The notes below the pieces were generated by a model. It made no database searches, was not told the origin of the DNA, and was given only the letters and a program-made list of their open reading frames with translations. This document shows, one piece after another, positions 29,489 through 42,950 of a stretch of 64,000 nt of DNA. A program made the position numbers and the translations under genes. Source of the DNA: the human T2T-CHM13v2.0 reference genome, Homo sapiens; assembly GCF_009914755.1 (NCBI RefSeq), contig NC_060947.1, one strand, 5' to 3'. Each line of letters starts with the position of its first letter. Within the stretch, counting starts at the first letter, position 1.

Positions 29489-31600
29489 CGAATACTGAGG
29501 TAGATTCTTCACTTTGGTTTTGAAGGAGGCAGTTAGAGGTCTACATAGTGAAGAGATGAGTGGAGCTGGAGAAAAGAAAATAGTGTATAACATCTTTGTT
29601 TTTCTGTTCTACATGGGTAACATGAAGATTTATCATTTGGGCGGAGATTATTCAAATGTTGTTCCTTTTACTATAGCCTTTAGTTAGTCACAGAATCTAA
29701 GTTTATGAATGATATTGGCCATATATTTATTGTATCACCAAAATTAATCTAACAGGTCTTCTGCTAACCAGCACCTAAATTGTTTTCCATTTGTGAATAT
29801 GTTTATAAAACTAAAATCAACATTTTGTAAATGAATTATAAGGCTTTCTAAAAAGACAGATACAGCAAAATGTAAATTTTGTTAAGATGAGTAGGATACA
29901 ACAATTTTACATTTTTCTAAATATTCTCATATTTATTTTCAAAATTTTCTTTAAATTGTTATTCTCACAAAATGTATGTTAATAACATATACATTTATAT
30001 TTTACTTCATCAATTCTTTCAATTGTAGTTGAACTTAAGAGTGAGAAAAAACTACATCACTGTTATTTTGTATTCCCCTTTTGTTTAATTAGGTTAAACA
30101 GAAAATTATATTATAATCTCACTCATATAAGCTAGATTTATACAGTCATGTCCTGAGTAACAGGATATTTTTAGCAGGCTTTATAATTCCGTTATATCAA
30201 CAAAGCACTTTCCCTTCATTTGAAAAGCAAGAATTTCTCCAGAATGACCAGGTGCCAAGGAATAGGGCCAGACCAAAAAACACCTCAGCTAGTGAGGATC
30301 CAGGGGAAGAGTATTGTCCAGAGTCCATGAGAGGAACCATATGCAAAACCAAGTCCAGAGACCCCAGTGCAGAATGGCTGTTGGGATTCTGAATCTAGAG
30401 TTCAGTATCATGTGGAAAAAGAACCAGAAATGAAGAAAGTAGGGAACGTGGAGGAAGGTCCTGGACAAATTGCATGAATAGTTTTAGAAAATCTCTGAAT
30501 CGCCATTGCCAGCTAAGTGGTAAGGTCATCTCAGTGGGCAAGTCGACCGCATGAAATGAACAGAGGCATGCAAGACACCCACCCTACCTTAGAATCCTCC
30601 TACCTACAGTCAGGCAGAGTACAGCTAGCTCTCTTGTGTCACCCAGTGATGTGAAAAATGGATTCTGAGAGAGCTATATGTTTTGACGACCCTGGGAGTC
30701 CAGCACACCCTCACGGATGTTCTAGGGCTGGGAGCTGTCTGGAAACCTGCTGGAAATGAGTTTTTCTTTTTTCATGGAAGTTGGCTCTCCTCCATTGAGA
30801 TTGGGGCCATGTGAATATTTGATATTGCTGAGTGTGTGACAAACAGTTAAGACAGGCTAGGAGTCCCAGAGTGGTGAAAGTTAGTATGGAGCTTCAAGTA
30901 TGTATTGCTTTATTCACTTGGTAATTAAAAGGGGGATATGCTGTTACTGATTACCTCAGTAACTCTACAGATAAAAGGATGGGTGTCAGTATGTCTTCTA
31001 AATCAATCCAGATGATGTCTTCTGCTCAGACTGCTTCCCATGGTTTTTGAGTCTTTGGCACACCAGAGAGTAGGTGTACCAGGGCTTTAATTGCTGGCCT
31101 ACATTGCCACTACTTACTGCTTGGAGCATGAAGTTGGCCCAAGGTGCAGCCATATGTAGATTGGATAGAAAACACACAGAGATGGCACACATTCTTTTTA
31201 AACTGGCTGGAGTAACCGGGAAATATGAAGTCCAATGTCCAATGTAGAAAGCATACATCATCCTGGTGTGTGTACCCCTGCCTCCAAGATTTTAGAGCCT
31301 GGGGATCAGATGTCCATTATAAATACTCACAGTGATAATTTCAGATGGGAATTAGCAAGCTGGGTGAGCAACTGGAGCATTTTGAGTTTCTTCAATGGAG
31401 GCAAAAAGCCTGACTAGAGGTAAGGCTCTACATTCTGAACCAGAGAATGTTACCTTCTGGTACTTTGATTCATTGTTTCATTTATTCATGCATTCATTCA
31501 TTCATTCATTCATTCATCTATCCAGCAAGCACACTGTAAACAGTATATGCTGTAGGTGAGACATGTGTCTAGCATGCCTGAAAAAATGAAATGAACTACT

Positions 31601-31797
31601 TGTCTCTACAGAAAATTTTAAAAATTAGCTTAGCCTGGTGGCGCATGCCTGTAGACCTAGCTACTGGCAGGAGTGAGGTGGGTAAATTGCTTGAGCCTGG
31701 TAGGTCAAGGCTGCAGTGAGCCATGATGGCACCACTGCACTCCAGCCTAGGCAACAAAGCGAGACCCATCTCAAAAAAGAAAAAAAAAAAAAAAAAA
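31601..31797 (+). mobile_element. AluJ 3' half
   Basis: GCTTGAGCCTGG..GGTCAAGGCTGCAGTGAGCCATGAT and A-tail. Confidence 0.9.
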
Positions 31798-32423
31798 GAC
31801 TGTCTTAGTAGGTTTTCTGGTGTTCATTAAGAGAACAGGTAATTTTAAATTTCAGACATTTGTCTACAACATTATTTAAGTTCCTAATTTCCACATTCAG
31901 GAGGTTTTAGAAATCATTCTGGACTCAACATGAACAGTTGTTGGTTGATAGTCCATAACTTGCCCTGAGACCTTAGGAAAGCCACTTTGTCTCATTATAT
32001 CTATGACACAAAGATTTTGTGCTCATCTGTCGTCAAACTGTTCCACTAAATTTTAAATTCAGTTTCTTAAAAAAAATTTAAAAATACGATCACAATGTTT
32101 TTGCTGACTCTAACATTTCATGTGTCTACTGGTGACATATACCTACATAAATATGTTTTCAATTATAATAGCTAGTCTTGAGGTTTTAATATATTTAGGA
32201 AGTTTGCAAGGCTTTGTGAGAATGACATTTTGTGACTTAGGCACTGTCATTTCACAGCTGGTTCATAGGAGCAAACTGTGCCAAAGAGTCTCAGCAATGC
32301 AAATTCATGATTTTCTTAGGTGGAATTTAATAACAAAAGTTGCTGTAATTGATATTTTATATTGTATTTATTTATTTTTTCTTCAGAGAACCTTAGCTTA
32401 TGTTTGTGAATAATGTTGTCTTA

Positions 32424-32885
<462 letters not shown>

Positions 32886-34309
32886 TTAAGTCTGAACATT
32901 ATTTCCAGTAAAAGGCTAAATAAATAAGGGAATCTTGATTCCAGTTTAAAATGTTTACATTTGATTTTTATGTCATAATTAAATTTTATGTTTAAAATAG
33001 CTAGTCTTAATATTAAGTACTTTAAAAAATGACAAATTATATAGAGAAATATAAACATATGTGCATTAGAAAACTAGTAATTATAGTTAACTGTAATAAC
33101 CACTGCTTAATCTAATTCAGACTCCTGCTGTTACGTGTTTAAGAAGACCATTTTTTATGCTTCTAAAACTTTATTTTGAAGTCAGAAGTTACTGCAATGT
33201 GATTACAGTTCAAACTCTAGTAGCATCCAAAGTCCTTGGATGTCTTTGCAGTTATGGAATTATCTTAGTAAGTACTGTTGAGGAAATTTTCTAAGTCTTA
33301 TATCTCTTCTTCTGCCAAAAATGGAAAGAAATGAAATCGAATACAAAAGAAAACATCTCAATACTTGTTGTCAGAAAATGAGAAGAAAGATATTTTCCCT
33401 TTCCTAATCTGAGCCCTTTACCCTTTGAGACAAGAACTTAGTTTTTCCAATTTATAACTGAATCCTTATCAAGTATTACTCTAACCCATATGCAGGCTGC
33501 ACAGTTATTTTCTCAAGGAGATTACAGTTACAAATTAAACATCACCGGAACATACATTTAAAGACCAGTATGAAAAAGTATTTAAGATAAGTATAAAATT
33601 ATTTTACCCCAATAAAAATATAAATAAGAAAGCATTAAAAAGTCTGAAGAAAAAAATTAATATGAATCTGATCAAGTGGTAAAGTACCTGGTACACAAAA
33701 TTAAAGTATATCAGCCCCTAATGTGCCGAGGGAAAAAAGGCATAGAGATGTAGATAAATCTGGTTGAAAATTTTATGCAAACTAGTAGAAGATATAGTAT
33801 CAGATAAAATATAACCAATTAAAAATATTATACTATAAAATATTTGCTAAGAGTTAACAAGGAGCAAATGGTTTGAAAAAGGCATTCGATGTACCCTAAC
33901 AAGATATTTCTCTATCAAAGAAAACACTTGCAAACACTGACGTAATTTTATTGAAATATTATCAACACCAGACTCAGATATTTATTTCTTCTGCAAATTG
34001 ACAAATACACAGCAACACTTTTATCAGATCCAGTGTATATTAAAACCATTAGTGGGAATTAGGTGGTTCTGGTCAGAAGCATTTTCAATTTTTCTTTCCG
34101 TTCTGTGTCCTCATTTGAAAAACAAAAAAGACACTCCATCTAGTTGTGTAAATGTCTAAAGAAAAGCTGAACACATTCAAATCGCTAGATTCCCCATAAA
34201 GAGTTAATCCTCTCATGTATGAAATAGATTTCTGGTGGCTTAGGAAGATTGGACTTTACCTCTGGTAACCATCCTATTCTTTGTTTTTCTGAATTCAATA
34301 TTGTAATTT

Positions 34310-36670
34310 ATTTTTTATTTTAAAACTTTTAATTGATAATAATTTTACATGAGGTACAAAATGATATTTTGATATATGTATGCACTATATAATTAAGTGT
34401 TATACACTATGTAATTACACACTATAATTATTATATACTGTATAATTAATTATACACTATATAATTAAGATAACACCTCACCTCACCTACTTATTTTTTG
34501 TGGTGAGAACATTTAAAATCTACTTTCAGCAATTTTGAAATATACATAAAATAAATTACTATTAACTATGCCATCTAGGCTTTTCTATAGATCACTAAAA
34601 GTTATTTCTCCTATCTAACTGAAACTTTGTATCCTTTGACCAATATTTCTCTTTTGCCTATCCCCCCAACCTATCCTCTGGTAACCACCATTCTGCTCTC
34701 TGCTTGTATGAGTTTGACTTTTTTATATAGCACATACAAATGAGATTATGCAATATTTGTCTTTCTGTGTTTAGCTTATTTCACTTAGCATAATATCCTC
34801 CAGTTTCATTCAGGTTGTTCAAAATGCCAGAATTTACTTCGTTTTTAAGGCTCTACAGTATTTAATTGTGTGTATATACTGCGTTTTCTTTATCCATTCA
34901 TACACTGATGGACACTTAGGTTGCTTCACATCTTGGCTATTGTGAATAATGCTGAAATGAATGTGAAAGTGCAGATATCTTTTCAACATACGATTTCAAT
35001 TCTTTTGTATATATACTCAGAAGTGGGATTGCTGGATGATATAATTCTATTTTTACTTTTTTGAGGAATTTCCACACTGTTTTCCAAAATGGCTGTACCT
35101 AATTTGCATTTCCAATAAGAGTGTAGCAGACTTCCCTTTCCTTTTCTCCACATCCTCACCAACACTTGCTACGTTTTGTCTTTTTGACAACAGACATTCC
35201 AGCAGGTGTGAGGTGACATCTCATTATGGTTTTGATTTGCATTTCCCTGATGATTAGTAGTGTTGTGTTGTGTATTTTTTCATATATTTCTTGGCCATTT
35301 TTGTTGTCTGTTCAGGTATTTTACCCATATTTTATTATATGCTTTTTGGCTATTGAGTTGTTTGAATTCCTCATATATTTTGGATTAGCTCTGTATCAAA
35401 TGTATGCTTCACAAACATTTTCTCTCCATCCTTGTGTTGTCTCTTTTCATGGTTAACTCTTTCCTTGGCTGTGAGGAGCTTTTTGATTAAGACAATCTCA
35501 TTCATCTATTTTTCCATTTATTGTACCATCTTCAATTTCTTTCATCAAAGTTTTAGAGTTTTCAATATTCAGATCTTCTACCTCCCTGGTTAAATTTAAC
35601 CTTAAATATTTACTTTTGTTTGATGCTGTTATAAATTGAATCATTTTCTTAATTTATTTTAGAATAGTACATTGTTAGTGTATAGAAATGCTACTGATTT
35701 TTGCATGTTGATTTTGTATCCTGAAACTTTAATGAATTTATTAGTTTTAGTAGTTTTATTTGGTGGAATTTTTAGTTTTCTATGTATAAGATCATGTAAT
35801 CAGCACACAGAAACAATTTCACTTCTTCCTTCCTTATTTGGATGACTTTTACTTATTTTTCATGACATGTTGTTCTGGCTCAGACTTCCAGTACTGCGTT
35901 GAATAGAAGTAGTGAGAGTTGGTATTCTTTTCTTGTTCCTGATCTTAGAGGAAAAGTCTTCAACTTTTCATCACTGATTATGTTAACTGTGAGTTTGTTA
36001 CTTATAACCTTTGTGGTGTTGAGTTTGCTTTTCTTCTATACCTATTTTGTTGAGAGTTTAAATCACAAAAGGGTGTTGAATTTTGTCGCATGCTTTGCCC
36101 TATCTATTCAGATGATCATGTGGTTTTGTCCTTCATTCTGATAATATCATGTATAACTTATCGATTTATATATGTTGATCCATTTATTCATTCTATGGAT
36201 TAATCCCATGTAATCATGGAGAATCATTTTTTAATGTGCTGTTGAATTTAGTTGGCTAGTACTTTGTTGAAAATTTTTACATGTATGTTCACTAGGGATA
36301 TTGGCCTGTAGTTTTTTGTATTGTATTGTCTTCGTCTTTGTTATAAGGGTAATGTTGGTTTTATAAAATAAGTTTGAAAGTGTTTCCTATTCTACAATTT
36401 TTTGGAAGAATTTGAGAAAGAAAAGTTTTATTTCCTCTCTAAATGTTGCATGAAATTCAGCAATGAAGCCATTAGGTCCTAAGCTTCTCTTTAATGAAAA
36501 AATTTTATTACTGATTTAATCTTTTTACCAGTTTTCGGTCTTTCCAGATTTTATATCTTTTTCATAATTCAGTCTTGGTTGTTTCTAGGAGTTTATCCAT
36601 TTCTTCTAAGTTATCCAAATTGTTGGTGCATAACGGTTCACAGTATTTTTATATGGACCTTTGTATTTCT
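34310..36670 (-). mobile_element. L1MA 3'UTR and ORF2 fragments
   Basis: Antisense L1MA 3' end (GTGGTGAGAACATTTAAAATCTAC) followed by continuous ORF2-like sequence. Confidence 0.88.
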
Positions 36671-37229
36671 TCATAAATATTTATTAATTTTGTTTTTAAT
36701 ATTCTTTCTGCATGCATCTATGTGCATTCATACATTGTAAGTCAAAAAAACATAATTTTTTTTGCTTTGAAAAAATGAACCAGAAGTGAACAAGTGAAAT
36801 TTTAAATTAAAAATACTTTACCAGTGACATTAGCACCACAAAAATGAAATAGATGTAAATCTAATGAAATATGCAAAAGATGTATATGAGGGAAACTGCA
36901 AAAATCTTGTGAAAGAAATCAAACAAGAAGTAAATAAAGTGAGAGATATTCTATGTTTATGCATAGGACAACTGTAAAGCAAGCTAATTTTCAATTGTGA
37001 TTATGATTATTCTCATCGCTTTGCAGTCACATCTAGCATATTAATGCCTTGTATTTGATTTCGTTTCTTCAACCTGACACACCCAACATTCAAAGGTAGA
37101 AAATTGTGACTTAACCATTGTTTTAGGAACCAAATCTTGTTCTCTTTGTAAACGATTCTTTCTAGCACCTTCTTATCGCTTCACTGTCTTGATGTCCTCA
37201 TGATTCCTAACCACTGTAGAGGTTAACAT

Positions 37230-37265
37230 CTACACTTGATCTTAGCCAAAAGGCTGAGAAGTGAT
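37230..37265 (-). pseudogene. U2 snRNA 5' fragment (tailless retropseudogene)
   Basis: Reverse complement reads ATCACTTCTCAGCCTTTTGGCTAAGATCAAGTGTAG, i.e. U2 nt 1-36 with two CpG>CpA changes. Flanked by a 15-bp direct repeat TAGA(G/A)GTTAACATCT at 37217-37231 and 37267-37281. Confidence 0.92.
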
Positions 37266-39454
37266 ATAGAAGTTAACATCTAACAACAAACAATTGTTGA
37301 ATGACAACTATGTGTCAGGTACTGTGAGAGGCTCTAAAATTATAGATAACAATCTCCATCCTCAAGTTGCATAGATACTAATGAGAAAGGCAGATAAGCC
37401 AAGAGTTACAGGAGTTGTGAATAAATTCTGAATGACTTCCTAGAAATTTCTCTGAGAGCAGAGTGGAGGCATACCTAATCTTTCACTGGTATTATCTATG
37501 TTAGCTATTTATAATTGTGTAACATATTAACATAAATTTAGCAGCTCAAAACAATACTCATTTATTATATCATAGTTCCCATGAGTCAGTAGTCTAGGCA
37601 AGTCTTCGATGGGACATCTGCTGAGAGTCTCACACATTTTCAGTCAAGGTATTTCCCAGAATTTCCTAGTATATATGGATTGTTTGCACATGAAAAATAA
37701 TATGGACTATTAAATATGTAAAATAAAGTTTAATTATATTTAAAATTAATTTTCATAAAATTAATTTTTTATAAAATTACATATGAAGTGGTTGCATAAA
37801 ACTCTAAATCTTGTTTCTCTTTTCAGTTAAAAGAATATTTCTTTTAACTGAATTTTCCAACATAAAATTTTGTGAGAAATAAAAACTAGAATGTGATTAG
37901 TGGTTTGATCAAATGCTTCTGAGTCCCCTTGTTATATAATTCATAACATTGCCTTAGAAAACTGCTAATGTTAATTTATAGTAGCATTGTAATGAAGTCA
38001 ATTTCATTCTTTAAAGTAGACTATTGGAATATTAACATTCTATTCTGTAATTCTTATATCAGTTAAGATATAATTGCACTTAATTTGGCATCTGAATTTA
38101 TTAAATCATAACTTTTGATTGCACATACTTTGTATTGCCTGAGAAAATATTATGAAAAAAGAGCAATCATGAACTCCTATTGCTGTCAAATTAGATAAAC
38201 TATTTGCAATCTAATAGATTACAATGAATTATAAATACTTATGTAGAAAATGTATCTATTAATTTATTAATTCAATTATATTAGTACGTATATTAAAAAG
38301 CAATTATACACTTAAATGTATATTTGACCAATCTAGAACCCAGCCTACTTTGCTCCTGTTCTAATAAATGTGCAATAACAATTTTGCCATTAAGAACCAC
38401 ATGCTTAAACCTATAAAGTAATTTGGCCTCTATTTGATATCTTTACCTTTGTACAACAGAAACATTTCTACTAACACTGCTATCAAAAAAAGGTCGTTTG
38501 TTTTATTTTAGGTGACGTATTTGAACTTTCAAATAAAATGAAATGATTTATATAAATTACCTTCAAAAATAGTAAGATTCTACAGAATTTTCCAGTAAGA
38601 TTCTTGGAAATTCTAAGTTAGAGGAAACCCTACAAAACCTCCCCCAATATTAAATGCCAGAAATCTAAAGCAATGTCTGCTCTCCTGTGAATGGGAGATT
38701 AAATGTTAGAACTTTGAGCAGAATCATGACTCAGTCCTGGAGGAAATCCACTTTCTGGGAGAAACGGTTACTGGACCCCCAAACATAGCACACAAGGACC
38801 GCAAAACACACAGCACTGAATTAACACAGCCCTGGCCACTGTCTTTGCTGTGGTGACAAGCGTGTGAACATCTACTCTGTTTAGTCCTTATTTCCTAAGT
38901 AGGAAATCAACAGACATTGCTCAGCTTTTGTGCCTGGAGGAAAAGGAGCAGCAAGTATGGGCATCAAGTATTAATATAAAGGGAAAAGGAGGGTATGCTT
39001 GACCTCGGGGCTAGGTTAAGGTAAGATTCCAGTTGCAGCCACTTGCAATGGCATAGCCAATCCTATCTCATCAAACCTTTGGGCCTTTTTTTTTGGCAAC
39101 AACGACTCCTACTCCTTGTTACACTTACCTCTCAGGCTTTTGTTGCCCTTTTTGGTGTACAAATGGTTTGGTTAGAAACAATTGAGATGATAGTCCAGGC
39201 ATTTCTGTTTAAAGGAAGCCCAGGTGAGAGTCAGCATCCCTCAGCAATTTATGCAAATTAGTCTAATTCCACCCTTGAGATCTACATACAAAAGGGAGTT
39301 TCAGCCTTGCCAAATCAAATGAAAGGCCAACAGGAGAAAAGGTGTTCAATCCCAGGCAGAAGACTCTGTAAGGTCTTCTGGTGATTTATGTCATGAAACA
39401 ATTCGGTCTAAGGGTATACCATGCCAGTTGTTAAATATACTGAATTTCACTCTG

Positions 39455-40522
39455 GCCTTCTTTTTTATGTTCATTCATGTTATAGCGTGTATCAATATTT
39501 TATTCCTTTTAATGGCTGAATAACATTCAATTTTGTGGATATTTCACATTTTTGTTATCCATTCATCAGTTGATGGACATATGATGTATAATACTTTTTT
39601 GTGATCCTAAATGTCTCAAAATGGAGTCACTTATGACAAATGACTCAGATCACAGTAAAAATACTGACCTCAGAGAATAAGTATATGAATGGTGGACTGA
39701 GGTAATAAGATAACACTTGCTGTGGCCAGGCACTCCTGAAACCTGAGAAGACGATGGAGCCAAAAGGCAGCTGAGCTAGCTATGGACATTTCTCTGGCGG
39801 ATCATAAAAAATGCAAAGAAACTTACCGTGGCCAACACCTGCAGAAACTCTTCCCTTTTATGTCTGCAGCAATGGCTGAAAGTCCTGCTAAGAGAAGAGC
39901 AGCAACCACTTCCTTCCGGCTCCTCCAATGGAGTTAGCACAACTAGGCTGATTAGAACCTGACAGGAGAACACATGGGTTATTTTTACCTTTTGGCTATT
40001 GTGAATAGTGTTGCTATAAAAATTCGTGTAGAAGTTTTTCTTTGAATATCTGTTTTCTATTCTTTTGAGAATATACCTCGCAGTGGAACTGCTAGGTCCT
40101 ATGGTAATTCTGTGTTTAACTTTTTGAGTAATCTGCAAACTATGTTCCACAACAGATACACCATTTTACATTTCTACACACAATGTATAAGGGCTACAAT
40201 TTTTCTACATTCTTGCTAACACTTGTTATAATTTTTATTTTGATTGTAGCCATCTCATTGGGTGTAAAGCAGTATCTCATTGTGGTTTTGTTTTGCATTT
40301 TCCTAATGATAAATTATGCTGAGCATCAATTCATTTGTGTGTTGGTCATTTGTATATTTTCTTTGGAGAAAAGCCTATTAAAATCTTATGCCCGTTATTT
40401 TTTTGTTTTGTTTTCTGTTGTTATTACAGTATTTTATATATTCTGGTTATTAATTTTTTAACAAATATATAATTTACAAATATTTTCTCTAATACTGTGG
40501 CTTTTCTGTTCTCTTGATAGTG
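39455..40522 (-). mobile_element. L1MB fragment interrupted by a probable LTR
   Basis: L1 3' sequence CATTCATCAGTTGATGGACAT resumes as GGGTTATTTTTACCTTTTGGCTATTGTGAATAGTG after the insert. Confidence 0.8.
39582..39972. mobile_element. Probable ERV1 solo LTR, family not identified
   Basis: 391-bp insert with TG...CA ends and a near TSD (CATA/CATG) splitting a contiguous L1 motif. Confidence 0.6.
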
Positions 40523-40526
40523 CACG

Positions 40527-41268
40527 TATTAGTCAGGGTTTTCCAGAGAAACAGAACCAATAAGAGATGGATGGATGGATAGATAGATAGATAGATAGAT
40601 AAACAGATAGATAAAGAGGGAATTTGTTATGGGAATTGGCTCACACAATTATGGACACAAGAATTCCCATGATATATCATCTGCAAGCTGGAGAACCAGG
40701 AAAGCTGTCGGTGTAATTTAGACTGAATCTGAAGGCTTGATAACTAGGGACACTGCTGGTGTAAGTCATGGAGTCCAAAGGCCCATGAACCAGGAACTCT
40801 GATGTTTGAGGGCAAAATAAGATGGATATCTTAGCCTAGGAAAAGAGAGTTAATCCTCCACTTTTCCACTGTCAGAACTCTCAACAGATTGGATGATATC
40901 CACCCACATTAGTGAGGGTATATCTTCACCCAGGCTGGAGTGCAGTGGCGCAATCTCAGCTCACTGCAACCTCCACCGCCCTGGGTTCAAACAATTCTCC
41001 TGACTCAGCCTCCCAAGTAGCTGGAATTACAGGCACCCGCCACCACGCCCAGCTAATTGTTGTGTTTTTAGTAGAGACAGGGTTTCACCATGTTTCCCAG
41101 GCTGGTCTCGAACTCCTGACCTCAGGTGATCCACTGGCCTCGGCTTCCCAAAGTGCTGGGATTACAGGCATGAGCCACAGCAGTTTGCTGATTCAAATGT
41201 CAGTCGCTTCTGGAACACCCTCACAGACACACTCAGAAAGAAACTTTTACCTGCTATCTGAATATCTG
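40527..41268 (-). mobile_element. MLT2 (ERVL) LTR with (GATA)n and an antisense AluS (40927-41180)
   Basis: TATTAGTCAGGGTTTTCCAGAGAAACAGAACCAATA..GGAATTGGCTCAC..CACCCTCACAGACACAC. Confidence 0.88.
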
Positions 41269-41269
41269 T

Positions 41270-41317
41270 TTTTAAAGTAACGGCAAGAACCACAATTACT
41301 TTTGCACCAACCTAATA
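41270..41317. mobile_element. MADE1 (mariner MITE), partial
   Basis: GGCAAGAACCACAATTACTTTTGCACCAACCTAATA matches the Hsmar1/MADE1 terminal repeat. Confidence 0.85.
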
Positions 41318-41319
41318 CC

Positions 41320-42950
41320 TTCACATTTTATTCTTGTCCCCATCTATGTCTTCTCTCCTTCCGTAACTTTCATTATGCATATGTTAATGTGTTTGATGGT
41401 GTCCCACAGGTCTCCTGGGCTTTGTTAACTTATTTTTTTTTCCTCTGTTCTCCTCAGACTGGATAATCTGAATTGTCCTATTTTCAAATTTGTCGATTAT
41501 TTGTTCTGTCTTATTATGCCGTTTTTCTTTTCTACTAAACTTTTTGTCTGTTATTATACCATTCAGCCCCAGAGATTCTAGTTGGATTATTTTTATATTT
41601 TTCATGTTTTTATTGATATTTTCTTTCTTTCATACATGTGTGTCCTTTGTTCCTTTAGTTATTTGTCCATGGTATTTTTTTAGTTCTTTTAGCATATTCA
41701 AGACAGTTGATTTAAAGTCTCTTTGGAAGTTCGGTATTTGGCCTTCCTCAGGGACTGTTTCTACGTTTCCATTCATTTATTTTGTGTATTTATGATTGGG
41801 ATATACTTTCTTTTTTCTTTGCTTGCCTCATGATTTATTTTGAAAATTGAACATTCGGAATATTGTAAAAAACTGTGAGTTTTTTATTAGATCTCAGAAT
41901 TTTGAAAAAAAATGATTCTGAGTTGCAATATTAGAAAACAAATTATTCTACCTCCTAAGGGTTTGTTCTGCTGGTTGTTGTAGTTACTTTTCATTAAGTG
42001 ACTTTTATGAACTGTTTTTATAAAGTGTATATATTTTGCATGTGTGGAAATTGATGTGTTTGTTCCATTAGCTTAGTAATCAGCTAGAGATCTGGCAAAC
42101 AATACCTAAAATGCCATAAGGCAAAAATAAATAAATATTTAAATATCTTCCAGTCTTTGCAAATTGGGTCTGTGTTGGGACACCCCTACAAAGCTTAGCT
42201 AGGTTGTTTATAACTCTATCTTAACATTTAATTTCTGCTTGCACAGAGCTTAGCTATTAGCTAGTAGTGAAAGCTCATGGTCTTCGTACTTATTTTCCGA
42301 GTATGCATTTTTGTCCTGGGAATGTATATGGCCTCCTAGGTTCCCCAACATACACCAAAACTTTTAAAAGTACTTATTGCTTCAAGTATCTTCTCTCCCA
42401 GCTTCTTTTTTTACCAGGCTTCTCATTCTGTCGAATGTTGGCATCAGTTTTAGTCCTTTACCCCAGGTGGCTGTAGCTAATACTTTTGCATTTAACATTT
42501 GCTTTTGACAAATGTTGCTCAAGAAGCCACTTCAGCCCTGGCAATGCTTTATGCAAGTTTAACAAACACAAGCTCTTGAGCTAATCCTTCAGAGGTATAT
42601 CAGACATGTCAAAACACACAACCCTTTTGCTTTGAGAATAATGTGTATATTGCTCTCTCTAGTACCAGAAACTTTTAACAGGTATGTGGATTCTTCCATT
42701 CATGGCTACTGCCAAGCTGAGGAGTAGGTTATAAAAAATGATTAGGTTAAAACACCAAAATATTCTCTTATCAATATTCAACAGCTTTTTTTTAATTGAG
42801 TTTTCCTGATTGCTGTGAGTTTTTTATTAGATCTCAGAATTTTGAAAAAAAAATTGATTCTGAGTTTGTGCCAGCCTGTCTATTATTTTATGGAGGGACA
42901 AAGTTTTAATAGTTTTTACTGTGCCATTTTTGATGACTTACAAAAGTTAT
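41320..42950 (-). mobile_element. Old L1M ORF1/5' region
   Basis: Minus ORF 41384-41605 resembles the L1 ORF1 coiled coil (..ENRTIQIIQSEE..RRPVGHHQ). Confidence 0.6.

Noticed and set aside
28997-29593. 198-aa minus-strand ORF, the longest in the window
   Set aside because: Antisense shadow of the MAGE pseudogene with a non-ATG start and no recognisable homology.
38720-38760. AP-1 motif TGACTCA next to a GGAAA motif
   Set aside because: Short motifs occur several times by chance in 64 kb and there is no independent support for an enhancer.
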